Assembly (NCBI RefSeq): GCF_036971445.1
Contig: NC_091472.1
Location: 91,388,001 to 91,452,000, forward strand
Direction: 5' to 3'
Length of the DNA: 64,000 nt
Origin: Narcine bancroftii
Lineage: Eukaryota
The notes beneath the pieces were generated by a model. That model searched no databases, was not told where the DNA came from, and saw only the letters and a program-made list of their open reading frames with translations. Below are positions 61,575 to 64,000 of the stretch, one piece after another. Within the stretch, counting starts at the first letter, position 1, and the number at the start of each line of letters is the position of its first letter. Both the position numbers and the translations under genes were made by a program.

Positions 61575-64000
61575 ACAAATGTCCACATGTATGTGGCTGA
61601 ACCATTCTTGGACATGTTCAAAATCCTGCACGGGCGCTCTGATGTGTCTGTGTACCTTGGAAAGCTGGCAATGGGTGCAGGTTCTGGCCCAGTCCACAAT
61701 CTGCTTTAGAAGCCCGTGCCAGATGAAGCATTCTGCCACCATACGAACCGTGGACCTGATGGAAGGATGGGAAAGGTCGTGGATTTGGTGGAAAACTTGC
61801 CTGTGCCACTGCTGGGAGCTACTGGTCGTGAGGTGCTCATGGAGACATCGCACAGGACAGTATCATCACCGAGAGGAGTTGGGAGGTCCTAGAACCGCAG
61901 GCCCGCGATGGAAATCCTGAAGGCTTGCGTCTCCTCATTGGACTTCTGATCCCGGGCAAGCTGGTCATAGTCTAGGCCGGGTGTCAGCGAGGAAATGGCC
62001 GGTCGGGAGAGTGCGTCGGTGACCACATTGTCTTTCCCCACCTTGTGCCGAATGTCGGTGGTGAACTCCGACACAAAAGACAGGTGACGCTGTTGACGGG
62101 CCGACCAGGGATCTCTAGCCATAGCGAGCGCCTGAGTGAGGGGTTTATGGTCGGTAAAAATGGTGAAAGGCCTCCCCTCCAAGAAATAGCGAAAATGACG
62201 GACAGTGAGGTACATGCCCAGCATCTCACAGTTGAAAGCATTATACTTGCGCTCTGGCGGACGAAGAAGTCAGCTAAAGAATGCCAGTGGTTTCCACTGT
62301 CTGTTAAACTGCTGCTCCAGGACAGCAGCGATGGCAGTGGCAAAGGCATCGATGGAGAGTGCCATATGAGGGTCGGTGCGTGGGTGGACGAGCAGGGTAG
62401 CCTTCACGAGGGCCACTTTCATGGCTTCAAATGCCCTGTTGGCCTCTGGAGTCCAGGTAAGTGGCTGCGATGAGGGCGAAGAGTGGCTGCATGATGCGCA
62501 CAGCGTCTGGAGTGAATCAGTTATAGAAGTTGACCATACCTGCGAACTCTTGTAGCCCCTTGAGGTTGTCCGGGCGTGGAAACTCTCTGATTGCAGCAAC
62601 CTTTGTAGCAACTGGTGTAGCTCCTTCGGCTGTGATGGTATGGTCCAGGAACTGCATGGACTCTTTTCCGAACTGTCATTTGGCCAGGCTGATCGTTTGG
62701 CTGAAGTTGGCCAGTCGGGAGAAGAGGGTGCACAGGTGAGACTTGTGCTGTGCCCGGTCTCTGCTGGCGACAAGAATGTCATCCAGATAAATGAACACAA
62801 AATTCAAATCCCTGCCCACCGTATCCATGAGGCACTGAAAGGTCTGGGCAGTGTTCTTGAGCCTGAAAGGCATGTGTAGAAATTCGAACAAGCCGAAGGG
62901 GGCTGATGATGGCCATTTTGGATATGTCCTCAGGGTGCACCAGGATTTGATGATACCCACATACCAGGTTGACCTTGGAGAACCCCTCGCGCCATGCAGG
63001 TTGGCCGTAAAGTCCTGAATGTGAGGGATGGGGTAACAGTCAGGTACTGTGACGTTGTTAAGCCATCAATAATCTCCGCAGGGGTGCCAGTCACCGGAGG
63101 CTTTTGGGACCAGGTGGAGTGGCAAGGCGCAACGAATGTTGATCGCCAGTTTCTGCAGATGCGAGAACTCCTCTTTCACTATCTGGAGCTTATCCCGCAG
63201 GAGACGGCGTGCCTTGGCATGGACCGGTGGGCCTTGGGTGGGGATATAATGAAACACCCATGGCGTGGTGAGGCGGTGGAGAACTGCGGCTTGAGGAGGA
63301 ATAGGAACTCATCCAGGATGCGCTGAAACTCATCCTTGGGTGAGCTGATCATGGCCATCTGCGGCTGCTCTGCGTTGAGGCGAATGGATTGGAAGGTATG
63401 GGCATCGACAAGTCGCCTACTTCAGGGGTCAACCAGGAGTCTGTGGGTGAGGAGGAAGTTGACACCCAGAATGGAGTTTGGGAGGGACGAAATGGTGAAC
63501 CTCCACGAGAACTTCCGCTGGCCGATCTGGAAGTGTACAGTCTTGTCACCATACGTCAAATTGACTGCACGGAGTGGAGGTCCTCGTGGCCAGTTCCGGG
63601 ACTTGATGACTGTGGCTGGGATGACGCTGATCTGGGCCCTGGTGTCGACGAGGAAGCATCGGCCGCTGATAAAGAAGGCTGTGTTCTTGGCCAGCCGCCG
63701 CAGCCATTAACAGTGGCCGGCCTGTCTGTTTCCCTGGAATGAGCAGGACTGATGACACTTCCGAGCCTTGGCTCCCCAGCGCTGGTGGAAGAAGCAGAGG
63801 CCTGAAGTAGACGCTTGCTTCTGGCTATGCTCTTTGAGTCCCCTGCAGGGGCCGAGTGTTCCTCCGCAGCACTAGGGGAAGGCTTGGCATGGTCGTGGCC
63901 GGGCCTCGTAAGTTGCTGGACTGCTGAGCCCTCCGGGAATCATTCAAGCCATAGCTCCTGAGTCCTTTGAGTGACCTTCCTAGGGTCGTCGAAGCTCTCC
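61575..64000 (-). mobile_element. Gypsy/Ty3 LTR retrotransposon internal region (gag-PR-RT-RH-IN), frameshifted and truncated in integrase
   Basis: FLVDTRAQISV protease; FIYLDDILVAS RT; FTDHKPL...ARQQRHLSFVSEF...DNVVTDALSR RNase H; HDLSHPS...CTHC integrase zinc finger; order PR-RT-RH-IN. Confidence 0.95.

Overview
Eukaryotic, vertebrate DNA, most likely a cartilaginous fish (a batoid ray is my best guess from the V-SINE/HE1-type SINEs, CR1, Rex1/Babar, Tx1, RTE, L1 and Penelope repertoire). The window is mostly decayed transposable elements and contains no intact host protein-coding ORF. Host-gene signals are limited to a CpG-rich ZNF143/THAP11-type promoter at about 20.46-20.65 kb, a probable non-coding first exon on the minus strand (donor at 20217), a candidate 38-nt exon at 6033-6070 and an intronic cluster of STAT/RBPJ-Ikaros/RUNX/NF-kB-like sites at 13.6-14.2 kb. 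I could not name the gene. The most notable oddities are a 5S rRNA-headed SINE3-like retroposon, a ~1 kb telomere-like (CCCATACTAA)n minisatellite that grew out of one SINE copy, a 91-bp locally templated insertion inside a Penelope element, hammerhead-ribozyme-like relics in Penelope tails, a composite double-hairpin hAT MITE, and a young BovB-like RTE with an extra 5' segment. I found no evidence of a new protein-based system. Element boundaries are approximate unless a target-site duplication (TSD) is quoted; family calls come from recalled motifs, not database searches.
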